A stretch of DNA of 64,000 nt from Nitrospirota bacterium (GCA_963721805.1 CAVRJY010000001.1:160001-224000); one strand, 5' to 3'; positions 11,868 through 24,923 are shown, counted from the first letter of the stretch. The notes: generated by a model from the sequence alone, not told the origin. Translations and numbers: made by a program.

Positions 11868-11883
11868 AACAAGGAACGTGCCA
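11868..11883 (-). promoter_or_regulatory. sigma54 -24/-12 promoter of Hsp20
   Basis: TGGCAC-N5-TTGTT (non-canonical -12). Confidence 0.55.
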
Positions 11884-12016
11884 GGGATAATACACTTTAA
11901 AAACAACGCTTTCTTGGCCGGCTTGATTGGTATGGGTAGGGCGCTATGGGACATAATGTCCTAGATGAGTGCGAGAGTCAGGATCGGCGCGGGTATGGAA
12001 GGTAGGACGTTATGAC

Positions 12017-13492
<1,476 letters not shown>

Positions 13493-13861
13493 GCGCGGTA
13501 TCCGACCATGTAGTCGGCCACGACGCGTGCAGGGTCAAGCCCGAGCTGCTGGGCGTACAGGCGCAGGTAGCCGCGCAGGAAGACCTCGGCCGGGAGTTTC
13601 TGGAACTGCTCGTGCTCGATCGCATCGAAGTGTATCCAGCGGACCTTCGTGACCTGCTCCATCTCCTTGAGGTCGAGGCCGAGCTGTTCGCGGATGCCGC
13701 GCAAGTGCGGGCCTGTGTACCTCGAAGCGGCCGCCGCCTTCTCTTCGCCCATCGCCTACCCCCTCGCCCAAGGTAAATGCCCGGTCACTTTGGCCCAGTG
13801 CATAATGATACAACAGTACAACCATGGATGACAAGAAAATCCGGCGTCAAGGTCCTTGCCG

Positions 13862-14575
13862 CTACCTCAGCCCGTTTAGGTCTCCGAGGCTCTTGAAGGC
13901 GCGCAGGTAGTATCCGCGCAGCTCGCTGATATCGCCCGCGATCGCGGCGCGGTCTCCGGAGGCCGATGCGGCCTCGAGCCTCTCGATTGCATCGGTCTCG
14001 ACCTGCAGCAGGCCGTGGTATGCCTCGGTGTTTTCTCCTGCAAGGGGGGTAACGTCGGCCAGTTCGATCGAGCGCCAGAGGCTGCGAGCCTCGGGCGTGA
14101 GCCTCCGGACGCCCTGCAGCTCGGAGTCGGTTATCTGGCCGTCCGCCGCGGCCGAGGACAGCAGGCCGAGCGTCTCTTCGAACTCCAGGTACCTGTCGAT
14201 CACCGAGGGCTCGGGCCACGCCTCGTGCGCGGCAAGCCTCATTTTTCCGAGCTTCCTGTGGGCCTCGTGCAGCCTGTTTACGGTTATGTCGGCATATGCG
14301 GCCTCGGCCAGGTCGCCCGCTTCGGCAGCCGCGCTGCTCCAGGCAGGGTTAGCCTCGATGATGCCGCGGTTTTGGGTCAGAAAGAGCTTCCAGCGCATCC
14401 TGAGCCTCTCGAGCGCCAGGACCGCCTGCCCCGCGTCCCCGCCCTCATCGGTGAGCGTGTAGGCCGCGATCCATGTCCTGTCGATCAGCGCGTGGTCGAG
14501 GCCGGCCTCGGGCTCCTTGCATCCGGCCGCCGCGAGCGCGACGAATAAGGCCGCTGCCAGTAATCGCTTCATCAC
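13862..14575 (-). CDS. Hypothetical lipoprotein
   Basis: Signal peptide with lipobox AAGC. Confidence 0.7.
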   Translation of the reverse strand: MMKRLLAAALFVALAAAGCKEPEAGLDHALIDRTWIAAYTLTDEGGDAGQAVLALERLRMRWKLFLTQNRGIIEANPAWSSAAAEAGDLAEAAYADITVNRLHEAHRKLGKMRLAAHEAWPEPSVIDRYLEFEETLGLLSSAAADGQITDSELQGVRRLTPEARSLWRSIELADVTPLAGENTEAYHGLLQVETDAIERLEAASASGDRAAIAGDISELRGYYLRAFKSLGDLNGLR

Positions 14576-14648
14576 AGGGTTATCATAACATGAACCCGCG
14601 AGGCTTGGGTTCCGCGGTATTGTAATCCTCCCTGTTTCCTGCTATCCT

Positions 14649-15845
14649 TTGGGCATCGGGGGAGTTGGGGAGACAGGTACGGAAAAGGAAAAGGGCGCGA
14701 ATCCGCTGGCCGGGCTTTCGGCGATGGGCAAGGACGAACTCCGCTCGGAGCTGATTAAGCTCAGGCGGAGGTACGCCCGCCTGGAAAAGACCGCGACGAA
14801 GGCCGGGGAGGCCGGAGAGGCGCAGCGCGCAGCGCATGACGAGCAGGTCAAGACCGAGGCGATACTCGGCGGGCTCGGCGTCGGCGTCATCATTCAGGAC
14901 CTCGATTACCGCGTGATGTACGAAAACCCCTTCCAGCAGGCCGTGACCGGCTCGCACATCGGGGAGCTCTGCTATCAGGCCTTCGAGGGCCTCGACCGGG
15001 CCTGCGAAGGCTGCCCGATGCGGCTGAGTATCTCCGACGGCGGCATACACAAGGGCTACCGAGAGATCAAGACCCAGGAGAGGACGAAGCATTTCGAGCT
15101 GATCACGACCCCGCTTAGGGACTCCGAGGGCAGGATCGTCGGTGGCATCAAGGTGGTGAGGGACATCACGGACCTCAGGGCCGCGCAGGCCGAGGCCGAA
15201 GGCGCGCTGGCCGCGCGCGACTCGCTGCTGCTGGAGATACACCACCGGGTCAAAAACAACATGCAGATCATCTCGAGCATCATAAGGCGGCAGGAACGCC
15301 ATGCCGCGAGCCCCGAGGTCGCCGACGCCCTCAGCGACGTGCAGGGCCGTATCCGCTCGATGGCCCTTGCACACGAAAAGCTCTTTTACTCGCCCACTCA
15401 CGACAGCATCAACATGGATGAATACGTCCGCGACCTCGCCGTCCACCTGGTGCAGAGTTTCCCCGGCAGCAAGTCCAAGGGCGTGGAGATAAAGCTCGAG
15501 GTCGAGCCTATATCCGTCTCGGCCGAGACCGCGATCCCCTGCGGCCTGATAGTGAACGAGGCCGTATCTAACGCCTTAAAGCACGCCTTCGGCGATGGCC
15601 GCACCGGGGCCGAGGTCTGCATCACGCTCAGGCGCGAGGACTGGGGCGGCCTCCTGCTGGAGGTCCGGGACAACGGCTCGGGCCTGCCTCCGGGCCTCGA
15701 CATCCGGAACTCCGTGTCGGTCGGCCTCGACCTCATGGCCATACTGGCCGAACAGCAGCTCCGGGGCGAGTTCGAGATAGAACGCACCGGGGGCACGACC
15801 GTGCGCGTCCTGTTTAAGGAACTCGAATACAAAAAGCGTTTTTGA
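14649..15845 (+). CDS. PAS-domain histidine kinase (HisKA_2 type)
   Basis: EIHHRVKNNMQ, NEAVSNALKHAF, DNGSG; start uncertain. Confidence 0.9.
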   Translation: MGIGGVGETGTEKEKGANPLAGLSAMGKDELRSELIKLRRRYARLEKTATKAGEAGEAQRAAHDEQVKTEAILGGLGVGVIIQDLDYRVMYENPFQQAVTGSHIGELCYQAFEGLDRACEGCPMRLSISDGGIHKGYREIKTQERTKHFELITTPLRDSEGRIVGGIKVVRDITDLRAAQAEAEGALAARDSLLLEIHHRVKNNMQIISSIIRRQERHAASPEVADALSDVQGRIRSMALAHEKLFYSPTHDSINMDEYVRDLAVHLVQSFPGSKSKGVEIKLEVEPISVSAETAIPCGLIVNEAVSNALKHAFGDGRTGAEVCITLRREDWGGLLLEVRDNGSGLPPGLDIRNSVSVGLDLMAILAEQQLRGEFEIERTGGTTVRVLFKELEYKKRF

Positions 15846-16021
15846 ACCTATCTCAAAATCCCTTCTGGCCGAAAGAGGCTGAAATCGCGGGATACTGCGT
15901 CGTAAAGAAAAAATCGTTCCTCGATGTAGCGCTGCTACACCGTCGTCCGATTTTCCCTTTCCTCCTTGTCTGCCACGATTTCCTCTCTCTTTCGCCTCAG
16001 AATCAATTTTGAGATAGGTTC
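15844..16021. mobile_element. MITE-like element with 16-bp terminal inverted repeats around a core related to the dispersed element
   Basis: GAACCTATCTCAAAAT..ATTTTGAGATAGGTTC; inner GATACTGCGTC..CCTCGATGTAGC-GCT-GCTACACCGTC..CCTTGTCTG. Confidence 0.75.
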
Positions 16022-16061
16022 TGATCCCACCTTCTTCCTCTTTGTTTGTTAGAATATCCCG

Positions 16062-16835
16062 ATGAATATAAAACGTATCGAGAGTGCAAAGAACCCCGCG
16101 CTTAAACCGCTGCTGTTTCCGAAGCGCGCCGGGGGCGCGTTCGTGGTCGAGGGTCCAAACCTGCTTGAGGCCGCGCTCCACTCCGGCCGCGTCGAACTCG
16201 GGCCGCTGTTCGTCACGGCCCGCGCCCTGGAGCGCCATCAAGACCTTATCGAGGCTGCCAGCCGCATCGCACCCGCCCTGTACGAGATACCCGAGCACGT
16301 GATGGCGCGCATCTCCGGGGTCGAGGCCCCGCCGGGCATGGCCGCGCTCTGCACCTTGAGCCGCGCATGGTCGGTGGATGATATCGAGCGCGCGTCCGTC
16401 ATAGTCGTGCTCGATGCGCTCGGGGAGCCCGGCAACGTCGGGACTATCATCCGGAGCGCCGAGGCCGCGGGTTCGGGAGGCGTGGTGGTGCTGCCGGGCA
16501 CCGCGGACCCGTACTCAGATAAGGCCCTGCGCGCATCGGCAGGGGCCACGCTTCGCATGCCGATAGTGAGGCTGGAGTCCATCGAGGCGCTGGGCGGGAT
16601 GCGCATATTGATCGCGGAGCCGCGCGGCGGGGTGGCGGTATACGAGGCCGACCTCAGGCCGCCGGTCGCTGTAGTATTCGGAAACGAGGCGCACGGCGCA
16701 TCCGGGATTACGAAGTTCAAGGCCTCGGGGACGGTCTCGATACCTCTTGCGGGGCGGGCCGAGAGCCTGAACGTCGCTGCGGCCGCTGCGGTCGTGCTTT
16801 TTGAGGCGCTAAGACAGAGGGGCGTTAAGGGATAG
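16062..16835 (+). CDS. TrmH/SpoU-family RNA methyltransferase
   Basis: PGNVGTIIRSA, FGNEAHG, ESLNVAAA. Confidence 0.92.
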   Translation: MNIKRIESAKNPALKPLLFPKRAGGAFVVEGPNLLEAALHSGRVELGPLFVTARALERHQDLIEAASRIAPALYEIPEHVMARISGVEAPPGMAALCTLSRAWSVDDIERASVIVVLDALGEPGNVGTIIRSAEAAGSGGVVVLPGTADPYSDKALRASAGATLRMPIVRLESIEALGGMRILIAEPRGGVAVYEADLRPPVAVVFGNEAHGASGITKFKASGTVSIPLAGRAESLNVAAAAAVVLFEALRQRGVKG

Positions 16836-17223
16836 GCTGCGTCTGCTTTGCGAGGATCGCTGTAATGCGCCTGATAAGGACCTCCGGGGTGAAGGGCTTA
16901 AGCAGGTAGCCCGATACTCCCAGTGATACCGCCGTGGTTACGCTATCGGCGTCGCTGTTGGCCGTGAGCATTATAAATGGCACCTTGCTGGTATCCGCGC
17001 CGCGCCTGACCCTCTCTAGCAGGTCGCGGCCGGTCATGCGCGGCATGTTCCAGTCCGAGATAATAAGGTCCAGCGGGCGGGTAGTGGCGATTTGAAGGGC
17101 CTCCTCGCCGTCCGAGGCGGTATAGACCTCGGCGCCGGTGAAATGCTCGCTGAGGGCGTCGCTGACGAACATGGTTATGGCCCGGCTGTCGTCCACTACG
17201 AGTATCCTGGTCTTCCTGGCCAT
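16825..17223 (-). CDS. CheY-like single-domain response regulator
   Basis: ILVVDDS, ISDWNMP, YLLKPF. Confidence 0.9.
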   Translation of the reverse strand: MARKTRILVVDDSRAITMFVSDALSEHFTGAEVYTASDGEEALQIATTRPLDLIISDWNMPRMTGRDLLERVRRGADTSKVPFIMLTANSDADSVTTAVSLGVSGYLLKPFTPEVLIRRITAILAKQTQPIP

Positions 17224-17379
17224 GTCCCACCCCCGGCAGTGCATGTGTCGAGCACGCGAGAAAAGTATAGCACACCGCCGAGGCCTGCTGCGGGAGTTCG
17301 ACCGCTTGAAAAAACAGCGTATTAAATGATAAATTCATAAGCTCAAAAGTCCGCTTTAATCCATTGGCAAAGACGGAGG

Positions 17380-18525
17380 ATGAGGTTGAGGAAAAGCTAT
17401 CTTTACGCCCCGGGGCCTACTCCAGTGCCGCCGGCAGTCTTGCAGGCCATGGCCCTGCCGATCATACACCACCGCTCCCCGGATTTCGTCCCGGTGCTGG
17501 AGTCGGCCCGCAAGGGCCTGAAGTGGCTGTACCAGACGAGCGACGACGTCATGGTGCTCTCGTGCTCCGGCACGGGCGCGATGGACGCGGCCGTATCTAA
17601 CTTCCTGACGCCCGGCGAGCGCGTGCTCGTCGTAAACGGCGGCAAGTTCGGCGAGCGCTGGACGAAGATATGCCAGGCCTACGGCGTGGACGTCGAGGAG
17701 CTGAAGGTCGAGTGGGGCAACTCGGTCAAGCCCGAGGCCGTCGCGGCCGCGCTCGCCGCAGACCCCGCGATCGGCGCGGTGCTGATGCAGGCCTCGGAGA
17801 CCTCGACCGGCGTGTACCACGACGTCGAGGGCGTCTCTAAGGTCATGCGCAACCACCCCAAGGCGCTCTTCATCGTAGACGCGATAAGCGGGCTGGTCGC
17901 CCACGATATCCGGACCGCCGACTGGGGCATAGACGTCCTCGTCGCGGGCTCGCAGAAGGGCCTGATGCTCCCGCCCGGCCTCGCGTTTATCAGCGCGACC
18001 GACAAGGCATGGGAGCGCAACAAGGCCTCGAAGACACCGCGTTTCTATTTCAATCTTAAAAAGGAGAGGGAAAACCTCCTTAAGAACCAGACGAACTTCA
18101 CCTCGTCCGTGACGCTCATCATCGCGCTTAACGAGGCGCTGAAGCTGCTGCAGGCCGAGGGGTTAGAGAACATATTCAGGCGCCACGCCCTTCTTGCAGA
18201 GGCGATGCGCGCGGGTGTGGCCGCGATGGGGCTTAAGCTCTTCCCGAAGGAGTCGCCCTCAAACGCGCTCACCGCTATATGCGCGCCCGACGGGATAGAT
18301 GGGCAGGAGATATACAAGGCCCTGCGCGCGAAGTACGGCATCACCGGCGCGGGCGGGCAGGACCACCTCAAGGGCAAGATATTCCGCATAGCGCACCTTG
18401 GATACGCCGATATGTTCGATACGATCACCGCGCTTGCCGGGCTCGAGATGGTCTTGAAGGGCTTGGGCTATAAGGTCAAGCTCGGCTCCGGCGTGGCCGC
18501 CGCCGAGGAGATCTTCACGCGATGA
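17380..18525 (+). CDS. Class V PLP aminotransferase (serine-pyruvate/phosphoserine type)
   Basis: PGPTPVP, ETSTGV, GSQKGLMLPPGL; coupled to serA. Confidence 0.9.
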   Translation: MRLRKSYLYAPGPTPVPPAVLQAMALPIIHHRSPDFVPVLESARKGLKWLYQTSDDVMVLSCSGTGAMDAAVSNFLTPGERVLVVNGGKFGERWTKICQAYGVDVEELKVEWGNSVKPEAVAAALAADPAIGAVLMQASETSTGVYHDVEGVSKVMRNHPKALFIVDAISGLVAHDIRTADWGIDVLVAGSQKGLMLPPGLAFISATDKAWERNKASKTPRFYFNLKKERENLLKNQTNFTSSVTLIIALNEALKLLQAEGLENIFRRHALLAEAMRAGVAAMGLKLFPKESPSNALTAICAPDGIDGQEIYKALRAKYGITGAGGQDHLKGKIFRIAHLGYADMFDTITALAGLEMVLKGLGYKVKLGSGVAAAEEIFTR

Positions 18526-20111
18526 ACAAAAAGAAGGTCCTCGTAAGCGACAGCCTCTCGGAACACGGCATACAGATTCTCAGGCAGGCCGGGCTCGAGG
18601 TCGACGTAAAGGTCGGGATGAAGCCCGAGGAGCTGAAGGCCGTCATCGGGCAGTACCACGGCATCGTGATCCGAAGCGCGACGAAGGTGACCGCGGAGAT
18701 CATCGAGGCGGCCGGGAACCTGAAGGTCATAGGCCGCGCAGGATCCGGATTGGATAACGTGGATAAGGCCGCCGCGACCAAGAAGGGCATCGTCGTGATG
18801 AACACGCCCGGCGGCAACACGGTCACGACGGCCGAGCACACGATAGCGATGCTCTTTAGCATGGCGCGCCTGATCCCGCAGGCCAGCGGCTCGATGGCCG
18901 CGGGCAAGTGGGAAAAGAAGAAGTTCATGGGCGTCGAGCTGTATAAGAAAACCATCGGCGTGGTCGGCTTCGGCAACATAGGCCGCGAGGTCGGCAAGCG
19001 CTGCCTATGCATGGGCATGGACGTGCTCGCGTATGACCCGTTTCTGAGCGAAGAGGCCGCGGCCGCGATGAACGTCGAGAAGGTGTCGGTCGAGGACCTG
19101 TTCAGGCGCGCGGATTTCATCACCGTGCATACGCCGCTGACGGCCGAGACCAAAAACCTGATCAATCGCGAGACGATAAAGACGATGAAGCAGGGCGTGC
19201 GGATCATCAACTGCGCGCGCGGCGGCATCATAAACGAGGCCGACCTGGTAGAGGCCCTGAATTCCGGCAAGGTCGGCGGGGCGGCGCTTGACGTCCTTGA
19301 GGTCGAGCCTCCGGTGAATAATCCGCTGGTAGGCCACGAGCGCGTCGTCACGACGCCGCACCTCGGGGCGTCGACCGGCGAGGCTCAGGAGAACGTCGCT
19401 GTCGCGGTGGCCGAGCAGGTCGTGGACTACCTCGTGCACGACGTAATCAGAAACGCGGTGAACTTCCCCTCGATCCCGCACGATCAGGCCCCGAAGCTGA
19501 GCCCGTACATCGCGCTCGCAGAGAGCCTCGGCACCTTCGCCTCGCAGCTGGTCGAGGGCGGGGCGCGGGAGATCACGCTTGAGTTCAGGGGCGAGGCCGC
19601 GGAGCTTCAAAACCCCGAGCCGGTGAAGATCGCGGCGATCAAGGGCTTCCTCACCCCGATACTCTACGAGACCGTGAACTTCATCAACGCACCGATGATC
19701 GCAAAGGAGCGCGGCATCGAGGTCAAGGACGTCCGCAGCGCCGAGGCAGGGGATTATCACACGATGCTGATTCTCAAGATCAAGGCCGCGGGCGTGGAGC
19801 GCAGCTTTTCGGGCACGCTCTTCGGCCAGCGCGAGCCCCGCATAACGAAGGTTGACGCGTTTCCGGTCGAGATATACCCCGAGGGGACAATGCTCATCAT
19901 GGGCAACAACGACAAGCCCGGCGTGATCGGCAACATCGGCGTGACGCTCGGCCGCTACGGGGTCAATATCAGCCGGATGCACTTCGGCCGCGAGGCGGCC
20001 GGGGGCAGGGCCATAACGGTGGCGAGCATAGACGCCACGGCCTCGCCCGAACTAATCGAGGAGATAAAACGTCTCCCGAACATCGTCTCCGTTAAACAGG
20101 TCCACCTGTAG
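18522..20111 (+). CDS. serA: D-3-phosphoglycerate dehydrogenase
   Basis: GRAGSGLDNVD, GFGNIG, TPHLGAST, C-terminal ACT domain. Confidence 0.95.
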   Translation: MNKKKVLVSDSLSEHGIQILRQAGLEVDVKVGMKPEELKAVIGQYHGIVIRSATKVTAEIIEAAGNLKVIGRAGSGLDNVDKAAATKKGIVVMNTPGGNTVTTAEHTIAMLFSMARLIPQASGSMAAGKWEKKKFMGVELYKKTIGVVGFGNIGREVGKRCLCMGMDVLAYDPFLSEEAAAAMNVEKVSVEDLFRRADFITVHTPLTAETKNLINRETIKTMKQGVRIINCARGGIINEADLVEALNSGKVGGAALDVLEVEPPVNNPLVGHERVVTTPHLGASTGEAQENVAVAVAEQVVDYLVHDVIRNAVNFPSIPHDQAPKLSPYIALAESLGTFASQLVEGGAREITLEFRGEAAELQNPEPVKIAAIKGFLTPILYETVNFINAPMIAKERGIEVKDVRSAEAGDYHTMLILKIKAAGVERSFSGTLFGQREPRITKVDAFPVEIYPEGTMLIMGNNDKPGVIGNIGVTLGRYGVNISRMHFGREAAGGRAITVASIDATASPELIEEIKRLPNIVSVKQVHL

Positions 20112-20142
20112 CGCGACGGTAGGGAAGAGAGAGAAAAAATAA

Positions 20143-21429
<1,287 letters not shown>

Positions 21430-21434
21430 GGGCC

Positions 21435-21525
21435 GGGGTCATGGACCCCTCCTCCTCGGGTGGAGCATCGTTCCCCCTCTGAAGGGCTTATTAAGAAGGG
21501 GCCAGTCGGCCCCCCGCCCCCGCAT
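21435..21525. repeat. Free-standing short GC-hairpin module
   Basis: GGGGTCATGGACCCC..GGGGCCAGTCGGCCCC; same hairpins occur inside element copies. Confidence 0.65.
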
Positions 21526-21542
21526 GTGATAATATAAACGTT

Positions 21543-22571
21543 ATGCTACAGACCGACGCGATACGCGAGGGGTTCCGCCAGGCCCATAAAAACTGGCTCC
21601 TCATCGTGCTTCAGCTCGCGATGTCGCTGCTGCTCTTCGTCGGGCTTATAGTAGTCGTCGCGGTTTTTATCGCTACGGCGATAGTGGTGCTCGGATTTGA
21701 CATCAACCGCCTCGACGCGCTCGGAGACTGGCTCGGGACCGTAAAGGACCCCATCGAGCTCCTGACGAACTACGCGGGCCTCGCGCTCGGGTTCGGCTTC
21801 GGGTTTCTGCTATATTCCACGTTCGCCGCGATGGTATGGATATTCACGCTCGCGGGCTCGGCCGGCGTGCTCGGGCTCTCGATCACGCACCCCGATAACA
21901 AGCTCACGGTGCGCGAGTTCGTCACCGAGGGCAAGGTGCTGTTTTGGCGGATGGGCTGGCTTACGAGCCTCGTGGGCCTGCTGTTCATAGCCGCGCTGGC
22001 GGTGATGGGCCTTCTGGCCGGAGGGGGCTCGGTGCTCTGGGACATATTCATCAGCAAGGGCACGCGGCTCTCGGTATTTTTAGGGGTGCTTATGTCGCTT
22101 CTGGCCTTCACCGTACTGATCCTCGTGATGATATACCTCTTTGCGCTTACGGCGTGGGGCATCGCGGAACTCGTGCTGCGGGGCGGGCGGGCGCGCGACG
22201 CCCTGAACCGCGCCGCGTCCTTCATCCGGCAGCGGCCGGAGAGCTTCGGGATGCTGCTCCTGGCGATTTTTTTGATGGTGCTCGTGCAGGTCATGCTGAT
22301 GGGCGTCTGGTACCCGGTCAGCCTCTCGCCGGTGCTCGGCATCATCGTCGCGATACCGTTTCAGGTGATCGCATACGCGGTGCAGGGCTACGTGAACCTC
22401 GCGCTCATGGCTGCGGTGCTGGTCTATTACCACCGGCTGTCCACGCCGGGTCAGAGTAGCGCTCAGTACGCAGGCCCCGCGCAAGATCAAGCTCATGCTC
22501 AGACGGATGAGACCGCTGGAGCCGGACCCCTGGAAACGCCTCTTCAAACGCCGCCACCACAGCAGCCTTAA
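21543..22571 (+). CDS. Multi-pass membrane protein of unknown function
   Basis: Several hydrophobic helices; low-complexity tail overlapping the next gene. Confidence 0.75.
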   Translation: MLQTDAIREGFRQAHKNWLLIVLQLAMSLLLFVGLIVVVAVFIATAIVVLGFDINRLDALGDWLGTVKDPIELLTNYAGLALGFGFGFLLYSTFAAMVWIFTLAGSAGVLGLSITHPDNKLTVREFVTEGKVLFWRMGWLTSLVGLLFIAALAVMGLLAGGGSVLWDIFISKGTRLSVFLGVLMSLLAFTVLILVMIYLFALTAWGIAELVLRGGRARDALNRAASFIRQRPESFGMLLLAIFLMVLVQVMLMGVWYPVSLSPVLGIIVAIPFQVIAYAVQGYVNLALMAAVLVYYHRLSTPGQSSAQYAGPAQDQAHAQTDETAGAGPLETPLQTPPPQQP

Positions 22572-23223
22572 GCGCCTCAACCGTCAGGCCCGGCGCGAAC
22601 TCCCGGAGCCCTGCCATGGAAGTCCTGAACCCATCCGCATCCTCCGAGCGAAACACCCGGCACATGCCCGCATAGTCCAGCGTAAGCGGGATCGCCCCCT
22701 GCTGGAGCATCGAGCCGGCGGACAGCCGCCTCTGGGCCGAGCCTATGAGCTTGCGCCCCCCGGCCGAGAGCTCGGCATATGAGGCGGACTCAAAACATAC
22801 GCCGGAGCGCGGCCTGCCCGTGCGCTTCCTGCCCTCGCTTTCGCAAGGTATGCCGAGGGAGCGAAGCGCGAGCATGAAGGCGCGCCCGAGCAGGGCGTAA
22901 CTTTGAAACAGCCCGCCTGAGAATACGCCCGCGGCAGTCGGCGCGGTGAAGCCGTACGTCAGCTCGTCGGCCGCGTGCAGGATCGCGCGGCCCCCGGTCG
23001 GACGGCGCACCACAGGGATACCCCCGGCCTTGCAGCAGGCCTCGTCGATGTCCGTGATGCGCTGAAACCTGCCGAGGCTCACCGCCGCCCGTTCCCAGCC
23101 GTAAAGCCGCAGCGTCGGGGGCCCGCCTGCCGCGCTGATCGCGAGCGCCTCATCCAGCGCCATGTTATGGTCTGCCGCGCCGGGTGGGTCCTCGATAAGT
23201 CTCCATGTCTCAGGCCGGGACAA
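22405..23223 (-). CDS. Lipoate-protein ligase/octanoyltransferase family (LipM-like)
   Basis: NMALDEAL, VRRPTGGRAILH, KLIGSAQ. Confidence 0.9.
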   Translation of the reverse strand: MSRPETWRLIEDPPGAADHNMALDEALAISAAGGPPTLRLYGWERAAVSLGRFQRITDIDEACCKAGGIPVVRRPTGGRAILHAADELTYGFTAPTAAGVFSGGLFQSYALLGRAFMLALRSLGIPCESEGRKRTGRPRSGVCFESASYAELSAGGRKLIGSAQRRLSAGSMLQQGAIPLTLDYAGMCRVFRSEDADGFRTSMAGLREFAPGLTVEALKAAVVAAFEEAFPGVRLQRSHPSEHELDLARGLRTERYSDPAWTAGGNRPAPQP

Positions 23224-23410
23224 GCAGCATCCTTCCCTTCCTGAAAGAGATCTCGGCTATCGTGCCCTTAAAGGTGCGCTCCTCGCCAAAGAGGTTGCGC
23301 ATGTAGAGCACCCCGCCCTCCTGCTGCCTCACGGTATCGACGCCCTCCAGGTACAGCTCCTCCTTGCCGCCCTCGCTTGCGACAGTTACGTACGCGTTTA
23401 TCTCGCACAT
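23210..23410 (-). CDS. CooT-like small protein
   Basis: MCEINAYV..LEGVD..NLFGE; RBS GGAGG. Confidence 0.75.
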   Translation of the reverse strand: MCEINAYVTVASEGGKEELYLEGVDTVRQQEGGVLYMRNLFGEERTFKGTIAEISFRKGRMLLVPA

Positions 23411-23533
23411 GAGCAATCCTCCATAAATTTATCTTACCATTTGGGTGCCATGGGCACCTATTCTTCAGGGGGCGCTGCCCCCTTGTCCCCCGACCGTGGA
23501 GCTGCTTTTATCAAGCCTGAGTTATAATTAAAT

Positions 23534-24625
23534 ATGATTGAACTGAAGTTCATCGGCCGCCCCGCTGCCCAGAGTGGCCCCCCGCCCGGCCCATGGCCGA
23601 AATACGTGGCGGACTATATCGAGACGCCGGCCGGGTTCGTCCCGAGGGTCGGGGGTGAGCTCAGCCGGGCCGACCTCCTGGGCGCGCTCCGAAGCCGCAC
23701 GAGCGCGTACAGGATGGCGTATAAAGTCGTTCCGGGCCTCTACGCCATCGGCCGCCCAACGCCCGATTCCCCGACCGTCGTCACGGCGAACTACAAGCTC
23801 AGCTTCGACGCGCTGCGCCGCGCGCTCGATGGCGCCGACGCCTGGATACTCGTGCTCGACACCAAGGGGATCAACGTCTGGTGCGCCGCGGGCAAGGGCA
23901 CGTTCGGCACGGACGAGCTCGCAGGCCGCATCCAGAGCTCCGGGCTCAAACACGTCGTGGGCCACAGGCGCATAATCGTGCCACAGCTCGGCGCGGTCGG
24001 CGTTGCGGCGCAGGAGGTTTCCAAGCGCACCGGGTTTCACGTGAGCTACGGCCCCGTGCGCGCCGAGGACCTCCCGGCGTACTTCGAATCAGGCGCGACC
24101 CCGGAGATGCGCAAGGTGCGCTTCACGCTGATGGACCGCCTGGTGCTGACGCCTATGGAGCTTAACCCGGCGCTTAAGCGCTACCCGCTATTTGCGGCAG
24201 TAGTGCTCGTGATATTCGGCGCGCACGCCGAGGGCCTGCTGTTTAGGCCTGCGCTCGCGGGCGGGCTGCCGTTTTTGGCGCTAGGTCTCGTGGCCATAGC
24301 CTCGGGCGCGTTTCTGACCCCGGCCCTGCTGCCGTGGATACCGTTTCGCGCGTTCTCACTAAAGGGACTCGTAATGGGATTTATCACCACGTCCGCCGCG
24401 CTCGCGGCCTATGGCGGCCTCAAGGGCACCATGCCGCTGCTGGCCGCTTACCTGTTCTTCCCTGCCGCAAGCTCGTACCTGGCGCTGCAGTTCACCGGTT
24501 CAACGACTTACACCGGCATGTCAGGGGTTAAGAAGGAACTGCGGTACGCGATACCGCCATACGTAATCGCCACGGCATGCGCATTCGCGCTCCTCGTGGC
24601 GTCAAGGATCGGAGGCATGAAGTGA
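23534..24625 (+). CDS. hgcA: Mercury methylation corrinoid protein HgcA
   Basis: Cap-helix TKGINVWCAAGKGTF, TANYKLSFD, C-terminal TM region ending FTGSTTYTGMSGVKKE. Confidence 0.95.
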   Translation: MIELKFIGRPAAQSGPPPGPWPKYVADYIETPAGFVPRVGGELSRADLLGALRSRTSAYRMAYKVVPGLYAIGRPTPDSPTVVTANYKLSFDALRRALDGADAWILVLDTKGINVWCAAGKGTFGTDELAGRIQSSGLKHVVGHRRIIVPQLGAVGVAAQEVSKRTGFHVSYGPVRAEDLPAYFESGATPEMRKVRFTLMDRLVLTPMELNPALKRYPLFAAVVLVIFGAHAEGLLFRPALAGGLPFLALGLVAIASGAFLTPALLPWIPFRAFSLKGLVMGFITTSAALAAYGGLKGTMPLLAAYLFFPAASSYLALQFTGSTTYTGMSGVKKELRYAIPPYVIATACAFALLVASRIGGMK

Positions 24626-24912
24626 AATATCTTGCCGGAGTTTCGACCGTCGGGCTCGATGCCGAGCGCTGCACCGGCTGCGGCCGGTGCGTCGAGGTAT
24701 GCCCCCACGCAGTCTTCGAGCTCGAGGACAAAAAAGCGCGGATAACGGACCGCGACCTCTGCATGGAGTGCGGGGCCTGCATGAAAAACTGCGCCTCCGG
24801 CGCGATCTCGGTCGAGACCGGAGTCGGCTGCGCCGCGGCCCTCATCAATGCAATGATCACGGGAGGGGAGCCCAGCTGCGACTGCAGCTCCGATAAGCCC
24901 TCCTGCTGTTAG
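24622..24912 (+). CDS. hgcB: Mercury methylation ferredoxin HgcB
   Basis: GTG start overlaps hgcA stop; CTGCGRCVEVCPH, CMECGAC, GVGCA, terminal CC. Confidence 0.93.
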   Translation: MKYLAGVSTVGLDAERCTGCGRCVEVCPHAVFELEDKKARITDRDLCMECGACMKNCASGAISVETGVGCAAALINAMITGGEPSCDCSSDKPSCC

Positions 24913-24923
24913 GGGGCAGCGGT

